From: Mobula hypostoma
Lineage: Eukaryota
Direction: 5' to 3'
Assembly (NCBI RefSeq): GCF_963921235.1
Contig: NC_086108.1
Coordinates: 43,340,001 to 43,404,000 of the forward strand
Length of the DNA stretch: 64,000 nucleotides
Shown: positions 50,371 to 62,969 of the stretch, piece after piece
How the letters are laid out: every line of letters begins with the position of its first letter
Numbering within the stretch: the stretch's first letter is position 1
Notes under the pieces: generated by a model
Database searches by the model: none
What the model was told of the DNA's origin: nothing
What the model saw: only the letters and a program-made list of their open reading frames with translations
Translations under genes and position numbers: made by a program

Positions 50371-52072
50371 CTTTTAGCCTGTTTGATTCAATCAGTTATA
50401 CTTCCCTAACAACAAAATCTGGTATGATGAGTTAGATCAAAGAACACTTGGTTAGCCAGCCATTTTCTGAATAGTTACAGCGACATGTATACGGTTCTAC
50501 TCTTTTGCACTGAGTGTGCCAAACTCCATGTGGACTATTGGCTATCAGTTCTTTGTGAGATGTCATCAAAATGTACTGATGATGACATTTTATGTCCTTG
50601 TAACAGCTCATTAGATGCACAATGAGATTATAAGGATTACACTATCATTTCCATCTCACACAAGTGCTTTCTTATGTAGCTTAAACATCTTCCTGAGTAT
50701 TACTGTCAGAACTGTTAGTGAGTGGCTCATGAAGACAACCAAAATTTATTTGAAAGTGTTCTGAAACTTCAATTGTGAAGTGACTTTTCTGAATAAAAAT
50801 TATTTGCTCCATTTTGCTTCTCATTTTAGAAAAAGCCTATTGTTTTCAAATTGTAATATTGCTATTTCTGAGCCTATGATGCCCTCTACTGTGCAGTGTC
50901 AACATATGACTATGTTTTACTGTTATCTGAGATCATTGCATGGCCCAGATATAAAAAGATAAATATTGCTAATAGGAATAAAAAGATTAATTACCCACCA
51001 ATTCTTTGTATTCAGAAATGATGCATTATAACGCAGACCCAGATTGGTGAGGAAAAGTAATGCATCAAAATTTTTACTAGATAGAAGAAAATAAGTCTTA
51101 ACAGCTGAGTAGATAAATGTAATATATTATGTGCATGAGCTGAAGCCCAGTCAGTCTTAAAAGCTTCATAAAGGATTTTGTACTCTTGCTTCACTCTTTC
51201 CCTTCCCCCTGTACCTCAACAAAATCAAGTTCCAGGCTGAGTCATATTCCAATTGCTTCCTGGGTTCCCACTCAGCTAGAGGCTGCTGCCTTTCACCAAA
51301 TGAGTGAAATGTTGTGGATCACCAGTAGTGGAGGTTAACTTGCCGACAAAAAGATCAAGTGATTCAGCTCTTTGAAACTATAGTGAAGGACTAATCTCAG
51401 GTGGGGAGGGAAATCTAAAGGATAGTAGTTGAAACTTGCCTTCCCACTATCTGAGATGGAATGTTGTTAATGGGTAACAGCTACAGTAACTGCTGTTTGG
51501 CAGGTCTAGTGATCCGGCCTATTATTTTGGTCTGTTAGCCAGACTTGGTAGTATAACAGATGTGGTTCTCCTGTCATGAGAACATTTTTGAAAATGTCAA
51601 TGCACTTTTAATGCAGATTTTATTTGGAATTCCTGGATTGTCCACGTCCACTGAGTTCCTCCAACAATTTGTGTGTGTTGCTTTGGATCTCCAGCATCTG
51701 CAGATTTTCTCATATTTGTGACAATTATACAGTCTAATTCAGCATGGAGAGATGTTGTGCCTGATTTGCACTGGCCACATTGCCATTATTTGAAGTGTAA
51801 ATTAAATTTAAATTAAGATTAATTTTTTGTAATTTTTCATGACATTACCAAGCCTTTCTTTACATAGTTTGCAGCCAGTGTCATTAATCTTGTATTTTTG
51901 CACAAATGTCCAGATACTTGCATTAGTATGGTTTAGTTGTACTTGAATGAAAAGACTTTGAAGGAGTGTAAGAACTATCTTTTAATGTTACTCATCAAAA
52001 TCCTCAGTGCATAAACTGTTTTAGAAAATGGAGGAATGGTTTGAATAGTGCAAGGAAGACTGGTAACCCAAA

Positions 52073-52782
52073 CAACACACACAAAGTGCTGGAGGAACTC
52101 AGCAGGCCAGGCAGTATCTATGAAAAAAAGTATCTTCAATGTTTCAGGCCGAAACTCTTCGGCAGGATAGGAAAAAACAAGCTGAGGAGTAGATTTGAAA
52201 AGTGGGGGGAGGAGAGAGAGAAACGCCAGGCGATAGGTGAAACTTGGAGGGGGAGGGATGAAGCAAAGAGCTAGGAAGTTGATTGGTGAAAAAGACAAGG
52301 CTATGGAAGAAAGAAAAAGTGGGGGGGGGAGGAGTACCATAGGGAGGTGATGGGCGGGCAAGGAGATGGCATGAACATCGATTTCTCAAACTTTCAGTAA
52401 TGCCCCCACCTTTCACCATTTCTCATCCCCTTGTCCCTCTCTCCTGTTATCTCCTTGCCCACCCATCGCCCTCCCTCTGATGCTCCTCACCCCCCCTTTT
52501 CTTCCATAGTCTTCTGTCTCTTTCACCAATCAACTTCTTAGCTCTTTGCTTCAACCTTCCCCCTCTCCCCCTCCAAGTTTCACCTATTGCCTGGTGTTTC
52601 TCTCTCCCGTCCTCCCCACCATTCAAATCTACTTCTCAGATATTTTTTCTCCAGTCCTATTAAAGGGTTTCAGCCAGAAATGTCGACTGCACTTTTTTCC
52701 ATAGATGCTGCCAGGCCTGCTGAATTCCATCAGCATTTTGTGTGTGTTGCTGGGATTTCCAGCATCTGCAGGTTTTCTCTTG
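52073..52782. mobile_element. Penelope-like fold-back insertion with long diverged arms
   Basis: Minus copy about 52073-52372, plus copy about 52373-52782; perfect 13-bp TSD CTGGTAACCCAAA at 52060-52072 and 52783-52795. Confidence 0.85.
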
Positions 52783-53132
52783 CTGGTAACCCAAAGGTTA
52801 TGTTGCTTATGTTGCTGTATTTGTTGTCAGGTAATTCAAGCTGCCTCTTAATGGTAATATCTTTAGTCAGGCCAGGATGTGATTTAAATCATGTTATCTA
52901 GGCATGTCAGGTTGTCAGTTCCATGCAATGTGGTACATAAAAGTCATGTAAAACTACATGCTAGCGAGGTTTCTGGTGTTTCTATATGTTATGTTTTGTA
53001 GCTTCAAAACACTAAACTAATTCAAATGAAAACGAGAGCTGAAAAATGGATGTCTAACTTCATTCATTAGGCGAGGCACATGCACATCACCTGGTAGTGT
53101 CATGACGTAAGCAATTCATATATTCTTACATA

Positions 53133-54588
53133 CAGGTGTCCCCTGCTTTTTGAACGTTCGCTTTATGAAACCTCACTGTTACGAAAGACCTATATTAGTT
53201 ACCTGTTTTCGCTAACAGAAGGTGTTTTCACTGTACGAAAAAAGGCAGCGCACGAAAAAGGCAGCATGTGAAAAAAAGCAGCGCGCGCCCCGAGAAGCCA
53301 CTCTCCCCCAGATTCAGAACTGCATTCTCACCGGCATTGCTTAAACACGTGCCTGTGAGCAGCCGTTGGCAAGATGAGTTCTAAGATATTGGAAAAGCCT
53401 GAAAGAGCTCGTAAGGGTGTTACACTTAGCGTAAAACTAGACATACTTAAGCGTTTTGATCATGGTGAACGAAGCAAGGACAAAGTGAGTTTGGCTTGTG
53501 GAAGCTGACGAAGATGATGTTGAAGAGGTTTTGGCGTCCCATGACCAAGAACTGATAGATGAAGAGCTGATGCAATTGGAAGAGGAAAGGATAACAATCG
53601 AAACTGAATGCAGTAGCGAAAGTGAAGTCGTCCAGGAACTGAGCATGAAGCAACTGCGTGAGATTTTTGCTGCAATGATAAAGTACGACTTTAATTTTGA
53701 AAGAGTTCGTTAGTTTAGGGCATATTTGCAGGATGGTTTGAGTCCTTACAAAGAACTGTATGATCTAAAAATGCGCGAGGCTAAGCAGTCAAGCAAGCCT
53801 TCCACATCAGCCACAGCAGACCACAAACCTTGACCTTTGACATCGAGGCAGGCAGTCATAGGGGAAGATGACCTGCCTGCCCTGATAGAAACAGATGACT
53901 CCCCAGTGTCCCACCACCCCAGCCCCCGGGCCGTGGACAGATACTGATGCACGAAGAATGCAACGGTAGCCAGGACGCACCCAGCACATCTTTAAGAAAA
54001 AAAAGCCGAAATAAACGAGCTAATTAATTAGGTGCCACCCGGCATGTAAATGTCGGCCCAGATCAGAGGCGATTGCCGACTGCATCGCCTCTGATCTGGG
54101 CCGACATTTACGTGCTGGGCAGCACCTAATTAATTAGCTTGTTTATTTTGACTTTTTTCTTAAAGATGTGCTGAGTGCGTTCCAGCTACCGCTGTACCAC
54201 TGCATGCTTCGTGAAACGGTATCGGGCTGCTGCCTGGAGGGTGGGGGCCACTGCACCACCCCAACCTCCGACGACTCAGCCTAACACACCATCATCAGTG
54301 TGCTCGATGTCTTCCATATTCCCGTAAGTGATACTACACTGCACATACATTATTTCTACTTTATATAGGCTGTGTATTCATCATATCATTTCTGCTTTTA
54401 CTATATGTTACTGTTATTTTAGGTTTTATGTGTTATTTGGCATGATTTGGTAGGTTATTTTTGGGTCTGCGAATGCTCGCAAACTTTTCCCATATGAATT
54501 AACGGTAATTGCTTCTTCGCTTTACGACATTCCAGCTTACGAACTGTTTCACAGGAACGCTCTACCTTTGGGTGGCGGGGGAAATCTG
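53133..54588 (+). mobile_element. Internally deleted Tigger/pogo transposon
   Basis: TA TSDs, imperfect TIRs CAGGTGTCCCC/GGGGAAATCTG; N-terminal RKGVTLSVKLDILKRFDHGER joined to acidic C-terminal DVEEVLASHDQELIDEELMQL. Confidence 0.85.
53920..54253. mobile_element. Palindromic hAT MITE nested in the Tigger element
   Basis: 8-bp TSD CACCACCC (53912-53919, 54254-54261); right TIR GGGTGGGGGCCACTG; left TIR partly deleted; long internal palindrome centred at 54074-54083. Confidence 0.7.
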
Positions 54589-56777
54589 TATAACCAATAG
54601 TGAATTATTTAAATGAACAAGGCTGCTTGATCAAACTATATTACTGGAATAATAAATACACAACATTGTTCCACAGATCTCCGGCAAAAGAAGGGATAAC
54701 CTATTTGGAAAATAAAACAAACTTCATGATTTTGAGAGAGTAATGAATCCTTGGAATTCTCTCCACTGGGTAGTTTTGAAGATTTGATCATTCAAAACTG
54801 AGTACAGCAGATTCTTTTAATCTGGCATAGGGTAGAAGGTTGGGTTTACTGGAGTTTGGAAGTGTAAAGGGTAATCTCAGGATACTGGGAATGTTCTTTT
54901 AGAGGAGAGATGAAAAGCACTTCATGCCAGAGATTGGAGTCACTGTGTGTAGGCTGACGGATGTTTTGGACTACAGTGCATCCAGGATCTTTGGGGATCA
55001 GGCGGGAGAGTGGAGCTGAGACCAAAATCAAATTGGGTATAATACTGAGTGATAGGGTTGAAGATGTGCTGTATTTCTGATCACAGAATAGTTCAAGAAT
55101 GAAGAGATATCTGTTGAGTCTGTATTGGCTCTGTGCAAAAGCAGTCCACCTTGTTCAACTCCACTGCTCTCCCCATAGTCCTGCAGATTATTTAATTTCA
55201 GGTACTCTTTGTTTCAATACTGTAATTGAATCCATCTCTGTTACCATCCTAGCAGTGCATTCTACATACTATCCACTTTTGCATTGGGTTTCTTTTCCAG
55301 AAAAATGAATTCCTCGTTGCACTTATTTCATCATCTGGTTCTCACAGACCAATTTTCTCATACTTTTAAGTCTGTATTTGGTGTTTTACTCAATTTACTA
55401 GACTCTACAAACACAGAAAATTTACAAACTACTCTACAGTTGGATTTTGGTATCGATATATTTAAGCAAGGCATGTTAAATTGCCATTTTGTATCATATT
55501 TTGAAAATATTTTGTATATCATTTAAGTTCAGTCTTTGGAATAGGTTTGTTACTTTGTTTGTCCCTAGTCATTAATCTGAGAAATTAATAGTCTAGCCAA
55601 GAGTGTTCTAATTTCAGTGCATTGGGATCTTTGGAGAGTAGTAGGATTGTTGATGCTTATTATTTTGATCCCTGAATGTCTTTGTATCCAAAATGTGTGC
55701 ACATTGTCACTATTTTGGCACTCAACATTCCAGTCAGTATCTCCATGACTCATTCTCTGGAAAGAACTAATTATATTTGTAGGTTGATTATGGATAGATT
55801 GTTTTTTTGCTATTGCCACAATTCTCAAGTTTTGGTGTTTCCCAGAGTTGATTTGAGATGTAAAAAGTTCATAAATCAGTTAGAATTAGAGTAGAATATT
55901 GCTGAAATTTTATTTGGATATGCCCATTTCAGATAACTTTTACTGTTGCCCTCTCCCAATCATTCTCTGCTCCTAACTCCTGTAAAAGATTAATTTTTAA
56001 GAGTCACACCCTCTTATTGCTCCCTTTACTGGCTGATGGAGGGTGTTCCTGTTTCTTTCTCTCACCATCCCAGTTTCATATGATAGTTATCTGAAATTTC
56101 CCAATTTTTACCCCCCTTCTGCCCTGGAAAAAAATGCTGTGTTTCATAAAGGAAATAAGTCAATATGAAAACTGGAAATTCTTCAGATGAAATGAAGTAG
56201 GGACTGGTATTTTACAGGCTCATTCCTGCTGTTAACCAGAATGGGTTAATGGACTTTGATCAGGGAATCCTAGCTTGCTATTATGACCAGACCATTTTAC
56301 TTAAGATCTGTTATCTGAACTGTATCAAAGTTTAGCTGTTTGTGGTTTGATACAGCACAGATTCCAGGAGTGCAGGGAAAGCATAAAAGAACCTCTTGAG
56401 GCTAAGATTAGATTGACCAGCATCTAATTAAACAATGGAGCAGACTCGTATAGCTTTTTGGCCATATTATGCTCCTGTTTATGTTCTTATTAGTGACAAA
56501 TCCTTTAAGATATTAATTTGTTAATTCTTTGGGGGCGGGGGGAACCATTGAATAGAACAAATCTTACAATGAATTGGGTTTAAACTTTTTTTTCTCTCAG
56601 TTTTGTTAACCGATACATACACCCTATCCTTGTTATATGCGAGGGATACGTTCCTTGAAGTTGATGCATAATGTGAAATCGCATAATGTGAATAATTATT
56701 TAAATGGAGAAAATAGGGATGCGTTCCAGCGGGCTTCCTTAAATATGTTTTATCTGTGATTTATTCACATTTTCATA

Positions 56778-58269
56778 TAACCATATAACAATTACAGCAC
56801 GGAAACAGGCCATCTCGGCCCTTCTAGTACGTGCCGAACTCTTACCCTATCCTAGTCCCACTGACCTGCACTCAGCCCATAACCCTCCATTCCTTTCCTG
56901 TCCATATATCTATCCAATTTAACTTTAAACGACAACTTAGAACCTGCCCCAACCACTTCTGCTGGAAGCTCATTCCACACAGCTACCACTCTCTGAGTAA
57001 AGGAAGTCCCTCTCATGTTACCCCTAAACTTTTGTCCTCTAACTCTCAACCCATGTCCTCTTGTTTGAATCCTCCCCACTCTCAATGGAAAAAGTCTAAC
57101 CACGTCAACTCTATCAATCCCCCTCATAATTTTAAACACCTCTATTAAGTCCCCCCTCAACCTTCTACGCTCCAAAGAATAAAGACCTAACTTGTTCAAC
57201 CTTCCTCTGTAACTTAGGAGATGAAATCCAGGCAACATTTTAGTAAATCTCCTCAGTACTCTCTCAATTTTATTGACATTGACATTGTTGTTTATTGACA
57301 TTTATTGTTCTACAGCATTCTTCAGTGCCCTACCATTTACCATGTATGTCCTATTTTGATGAGTTCTACCAAAATGTAGCACCTCACATTTTTTCTGCAT
57401 TAAACTCCATCTACCATCTTTCAGCCCACTCTTCTAACTGTCCTAAATCTCTCTGCAGGTTTTGAAAACCTACCTCATCATCCACAACACCACCTATCTT
57501 AGTATCATCTGCATACTTACTAATCCAATTTACCACCCCATCATCCAGATCATTAATATATATGACAAACAACACTGGACCCAGTACAGATCCCTGAGGC
57601 ACACCGCTACACACCGTCCTCCAGTCTGACACACAGTTATCCACCACTACTCTCTGGCGTCTCCCATCTAGCCACTGCTGAATGCATTTTACTACTTCCA
57701 TATTAATGCCTAACGATTGAACCTTCCTAACTAACCTTCCATGTGGAACCTTGTCAAAGGCCTTACTGAAGTCCATATAGACAACATCCACCGATTTACC
57801 CTCGTCAACTTTCTTAGTAACCTCATCAAAAAATTCAATAAGATTTGTCAAACATGACCTTCCATGCACAAATCCATGTTGACTGTTCCTAATCAGACCC
57901 TGTCTATCCAGATAATTATATATACCATCTCTAAGAATACTTTCCATCAATTTACCCACCACTGACGTCAAACTCATAGGCCGATAATTGCCAGGTGTGT
58001 TCTTAGAACCCTTTTTAAACAATGGAACCACATGAGCAATACGCCAATCCTCTGGCACCATTCCCGTTTCTAATGACATTTGAAATATTTCTGTCAGAGC
58101 CCCTGCTATTTCTACACTAACTTCCCTCAAGGTCCTAGGGAATATCGTGTCCGGACCCAGAGACTTATCCACTTTTATATTCCTTAAAAGTGCCAGTACT
58201 TCCTCTTCCATTGTCATGCTTTCCATAACTACCCTACGTGTTTCCTTTAGCTTATACAATTCAATATCC
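56778..58269 (-). mobile_element. Young 5'-truncated CR1 LINE with an open RT segment
   Basis: 8-bp TSD TTTTCATA (56770-56777, 58270-58277); ORF 57411..58313 has QHGF, DFSKAFD, GVPQGSVLGP and YADD. Confidence 0.93.
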
Positions 58270-59787
58270 TTTTCATACCAATATGACACAAAAGCGGTAC
58301 TAAAAGACAACATTTGTATTATATTTAATCAATTTAAGGTAATATTCAATGTAATAAATCATAGAAAGTTAACATGCTCTGGTGTACAGTACTCATCAAC
58401 AGTGGCAGGTGTGTTCGCTCCAGGAGGTGAGTGGTTGTTGTGGTGTCGGGCAGCTTTACACGGATAAGGTAGATGGTTGTGGTCGTCAGGATCATATCAA
58501 GCACAGCAAGGGGTGAAGGAAGACTCACAGAACTCTTAAAACTGCCGGCAGCAGAAGATTACAGTGATTTGAATAAAGTGGTGAGGGTTGTTTGCTTGGC
58601 AGCATTTTGTTTTCCAGCATAAATTTGCTTGTAGGGAGGAAGGGTTGACGGCAGGGAACGACTGAAATGCTGACTCCGTTCTAAACTTGGGCCCATGTCC
58701 ATCGCCATTTGTGCCAAGTGTTCCGACTTCTACCATGCCCCCACCGTTGGTAAACTCCCGGGATTTTCCAAATGGTCTGTTGCTTGCAGCATCTGAGAGA
58801 TAGTTCACCGTAAAAAAAAATACGTACGCCTTGAATGTGGATCACACCGGTCGAGTGGTTGAATCAGCGATGTTGTGTTAAGCGGTAGAAAACGCACTGT
58901 TATGTTAGGATGAATGCTGTCCAAATGTTTAGGATAGGCTGGCACATTGTCAAGCAACAAAAGAATTTTAAAGGCAAGATTCTGTTCCCGGCAGTAGCAT
59001 CCCAGAGCTATGTTACCTTCAGCTGATGCCGCGCTGTTTATAATTTCCAACTTTTTTTCAACTGTTAAAACGGTTCTCTGCCCAAAACATGACATCGGAC
59101 ACTTAGGAGGCATAGTTAAATATTTCAAGCGCAAAATCACTCCACCGTTGGTAAAACCAATAAAAGTTTAAGATCGTGCATCCACACCTTGCCAAATCCA
59201 ATGCGAGAGTGGCGAGAGTGAAATTGTGAGGCGCACGCACCTGACTTGTATTGGCGGGAAAGTGGTGCTTCTCATCCCAACAGTGAGACTGTGAAGCCTG
59301 CGCACGTGACTTGTATTGGCGGGAAGGCAGTGCTCCTCGCATAACTGTGAATTTTGTACGCATATAACGAGACGTTGGTAGAAATAGGTTCCTCGCATAA
59401 CTGTGAATCTGCATAGTCTGAAGACGCATATAACGAGTGTAACGCTCAGCTATATTGGCTCGTATTTATCTGGGGGAAACCCCGTCCGCCGCCTACCTTG
59501 TCTCCGGGTTACGTCAGTTGCTGTATAACTGCCACCTGATTCAGCTTCAAACATCAATCATCAGCCAGCACACAATGTACATTTTATCAATTACACTTTA
59601 TAGATATTACTAAGTCTATGAGATTAATAGAAGTTCAATACTAAAAAGGAATGGAAAAAGCACCAGACTTATCAAGTTCAATTTCTTTGTGCACATGATG
59701 GAGCTTGGGACCTCTTTGGGACCACTCTGACCCCTTCGACTTGCAGCTCGGGACCACCGGAGTGATCAACCTGAGCTTTTCCTGCAC

Positions 59788-60018
59788 GTCCATCGTCCTC
59801 ACGGTCTCTCCCCGCCAAAACCCCCCGGTTCCCAACCATATGAGACAGCGTATCACTATGTCCTTCGTCCTCACGGTCTCTCCTCCGACTCCCCGCCAAA
59901 ACCCCCTGGTTCCCAGCCATATGAGACAGCGTATCGCTATGTCCGTCGTCCTCATGGTCTCTCCTCCAACTCCCCGCCAAAACCCCCTGGTTCCCAGCCA
60001 TATGAGATAGCGTATCAC
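59788..60018. repeat. Tandem repeat, 3 copies of an 81-bp unit (first copy 72 bp), inside the LTR
   Basis: Units start at 59788, 59860 and 59941. Confidence 0.9.
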
Positions 60019-60114
60019 CCAAGGAAAGAATAACATGGACAGCCATTGGTTCATTTACTCTGTTATCTATATTATAATCCAAGCAAAGTGCTAGCTAGAG
60101 ACTTTATCAGCATT

Positions 60115-60214
60115 TAACATAACAAAGAAGGCATTTTAATTAACATACACAGTAACATAAAAGATAACATAACAAAGAAGCCATTTTGATTAACATACGC
60201 AGTAACATAAAAGA
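60115..60214. repeat. Tandem duplication, 2 x 50 bp, inside the LTR
   Basis: taacataacaaagaag...agtaacataaaaga occurs at 60115 and 60165. Confidence 0.9.
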
Positions 60215-60372
60215 AGAAACCCCTTACACGAGGATAGGGTGTACGATCAAATAAAATCCTACATATATGTGCATCGTTTGAGTATATTTTTTTATCTGTG
60301 ACTTGACCAATGGGTTCTCAGTAAAGTGTTGACATACTCTAAAAGATTTTACTTGGTCTCTTTGTTTTGTAG

Positions 60373-60439
60373 AGATGCCTCCTTTGGGAATTCCACCTAC
60401 CACCTAACTATTCTAGATTGTTTACATGCAATAAATCAG
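60373..60439 (+). CDS. CDC14A: CDC14A exon 6 (RDASFGNSTYHLTILDCLHAINQ)
   Basis: FRDAS motif completed across the exon 5/6 junction; ttgtag acceptor, gtaagt donor. Confidence 0.95.
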
Positions 60440-61308
60440 GTAAGTGACCCATTTATTTAAGTACAGATGGTTTTTATTTACATTGCTTTAGTTTTTTTAA
60501 TGTTTTTGTGATGGGATTGACAAGAACAAAAGATATAAAGCATTTTAGAAGCAAATGTAGTTTTGAAAGGATTATGAAACTATTGGGTTACAATAAAATC
60601 TTATTAGTTTAATAATTTTTCTTTAGGGATGGTACTCTGTTATGCTTGCTGGCCTGGCCCATGTCTTAGTACAGACCTTGCAGTTGAAAATTACTAGCAG
60701 TCCACTGTTCGGGGGCAATGACTGATGGGTGATGTATGCTGACCTCAGCAGCAAAGTTCACATCCTGAAATTGGGCGCATAGCTAAAATGGACTTCAAAT
60801 AATCATTGTTTCTTAGTAATCTTTTGACCTGCAAGGTTCAAATCTTGTTCTATTGTTGCCTGGGCAATTGGTAAGATTTTTGTACCCCTTCATGCAGTTC
60901 ATGAAGGTGTTGAGATGTAACATTACCATTTTAAATCTGCTGCAATGTTTTATTCACTCTAAGGTGACAAAAATCACTATCAATTTTATGATCCTAAAGT
61001 TGCCAATGTGGCTCTTTATTCCAGAGGTTGATCATATAAGAATCAGGAATATTATCTAGTGTTTACCTGTAATTTTCTGTTTATCCACTTTCATTCCTGT
61101 CAAGGCTACTATTTGTTGCACATCCCTAACTGCCCTTGATGATAGTGAACTACCTTTTGGAAATGTTGCAGTCTAATGCTTAAGCTATGCTTGTGGTGCT
61201 GTCAAAAACGTTTCCAACAATGAAGGACCTGCAATACACTTGCCAGCCAGTTGGTGTGCAACTTGGATAGCCCTGCAGATAGTGTACTCTGCTCCTATTG
61301 TCTTAGGT

Positions 61309-61389
61309 CAGGGATTCCCAACCTTTTGTTGTGCCATGGATCAATACCATTAAGCTAGGGGTCCGTGGGCCCCTGGTAGGGAACCCCTG
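61309..61389. mobile_element. 81-bp hAT mini-MITE
   Basis: TIRs CAGGGATTCCCAACC / GGTAGGGAACCCCTG; decayed 8-bp TSD. Confidence 0.65.
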
Positions 61390-61499
61390 TTCGAGGTGGT
61401 ACTGCTCTTTGGTTTAGAAGCTGTTATTGGAGTGTCTTAGGATCCTTTATATGCCAGGTTTGAAAAGCGACCGGGGCCTGTCAGGAGTTGTCTGCCGAG

Positions 61500-62965
61500 T
61501 GGGTGATTGGTAAGGTGATAAGCAAATTAGTAAGGGCCAATAAAAGGAAGGAAGATGTAAGCGAAGTGGGTGATTGTGGGAGCAGTCAGGCTTTGGCTCA
61601 GCTGGCTTCAACAAGAATAGGTTAGGCTAAAGGTGCGTGGAGTCTTTTGGAGTCAATTATTTGTTTGCAGAACTTGAGCTTAACAAGTTATACATTTTGG
61701 CTTTTAACAACTTTAGACAGGTAGATAATTAAGGCAGTGGAATGCTCCTCCTGTAAGATGTAGGATTACAGGGTACCTAATGGTCTCCCTGATGACTATC
61801 TTTGGAGAAAATGCACCCAACTTCAGCTCCTTCTGAGGTCAAGGAACTGGAACTAGAACTGGATGTACTTGGGGTCATCTGGGAGGCTGCAAACCTCATA
61901 GATGAGACTTTTATTGAGGTGGTCACACCCAGAGTGCAGACTTCAGGTAGTAGGAATATCAGAAGTAAGGGGAGTAAGCAGATAGTGCAGAGTTCCACTG
62001 TGGCCATTCCCTTTTGGATACTGCTGTGGGGGGAGGTGGAACAGCAGCAGCAGCCAGGCCAGTGGCACTGTGGCCAGCTCAGCAAAGGAGAGGAAAGCTA
62101 GGCAGAGCATCTGTAAGCCGTAAGAGGAGACTTGATGGTTAGGGAGATGGACTGGAGATCTTTTTTGGGCCACAAAATAGAGGCCAGGATGGTGTGTTGT
62201 CTGCCAGGTGCTAGGATCAATGATGTCTCAGAACAGCTGCCAAATATTCTCAAGAGGGAGTGTGAACAGCCGGAGGTCATGGTGCACATTGGCACAAGTG
62301 ACATGGGCAGAAGGGGGAAGAGGTCCTGTGCAGTGAGTACAGAGACTTGTGGAAGAGGCTGAAAAGCAGGACCTCCAAGGTAGTATTCCCAGTGCCATGT
62401 ACTAGTCAGGGCAGGGCAGGACGATAGTGCACATAAATGAGTGGCTGAGAGAGTGATGCAGGGGGCAGGGTTTCAGACTTTTGGATTGTTGGGATCTCTT
62501 CTGAGGAAGGTATGACCTGTACGAAATGAACAGGTTACACCTGCACCTGAGGGGGATCAATATCCTTGCAGGCAGGTTTGCAAGAGCTGTTGGGGAGGGT
62601 ATAAACTATTTTGGTATGGGGGTGGGAGCGGAGTAATAGGGATGAAGATGGGCAGTGGTATACAATAGATGCAGTGTGGAGTGAGAAAGGACAGGCAGAT
62701 GATAGGACAGCATTGCAGTTGGTGGGATGAATTGAAATATAATCTGTGGGCAAAATCGAAAAGGGCAATGAATAGAGAAATACAGGTGTTATATTTGAAT
62801 GCATGCAGTATACAGAATAAGGTAGTTTATCTTGTAGCTCATTTAGAAATTGGCAAGTATGATGTTATGGGCATCAGTAAGTCATGGCTGAAAAAAGATC
62901 ATAGTTGGGAGCTTAACATTTTATCAAAAGGACAGGCAAGTAGGCAAAGGGGATGGAGTGGCTTT
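61500..62965 (+). mobile_element. CR1 LINE 5' part: ORF1 esterase remnant and start of ORF2
   Basis: RMVCCLPGARINDVSEQL...VHIGTSD (SGNH esterase-like ORF1); VLYLNACSIQNK...SWL (APE start). Confidence 0.82.
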
Positions 62966-62969
62966 TCCT

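Larger units (their letters stand above)
59438..60228. mobile_element. Solo LTR (Gypsy or ERV type)
   Basis: TGTAA...TTACA termini; 4-bp TSD CGAG (59434-59437, 60229-60232); 791 bp. Confidence 0.85.
56620..60241 (-). mobile_element. Second Tigger/pogo (DD32D) deletion derivative hosting a CR1 and a solo LTR
   Basis: TA TSDs; TIR CACCCTATCCTTGTTATATGCG, with the right TIR split by the LTR; ORF 58805..59140 KILLLLDNVPAYP...FLPLNTTSLIQPLD. Confidence 0.88.

Noticed and set aside
52987..54665. Old solo LTR (TGTT...AACA) hosting the Tigger element
   Set aside because: Plausible termini but no matching TSD and no second copy in the window, so it is not called as a feature.
57411..58313. 300-aa RT ORF as a domesticated gene
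   Set aside because: It lies in a 5'-truncated TSD-flanked CR1; its start comes from flanking Tigger sequence and it ends at a premature stop.
59788..60018. CRISPR-like repeat array
   Set aside because: Units are contiguous near-identical 81-mers with no unique spacers, inside a solo LTR in vertebrate DNA with no cas genes.
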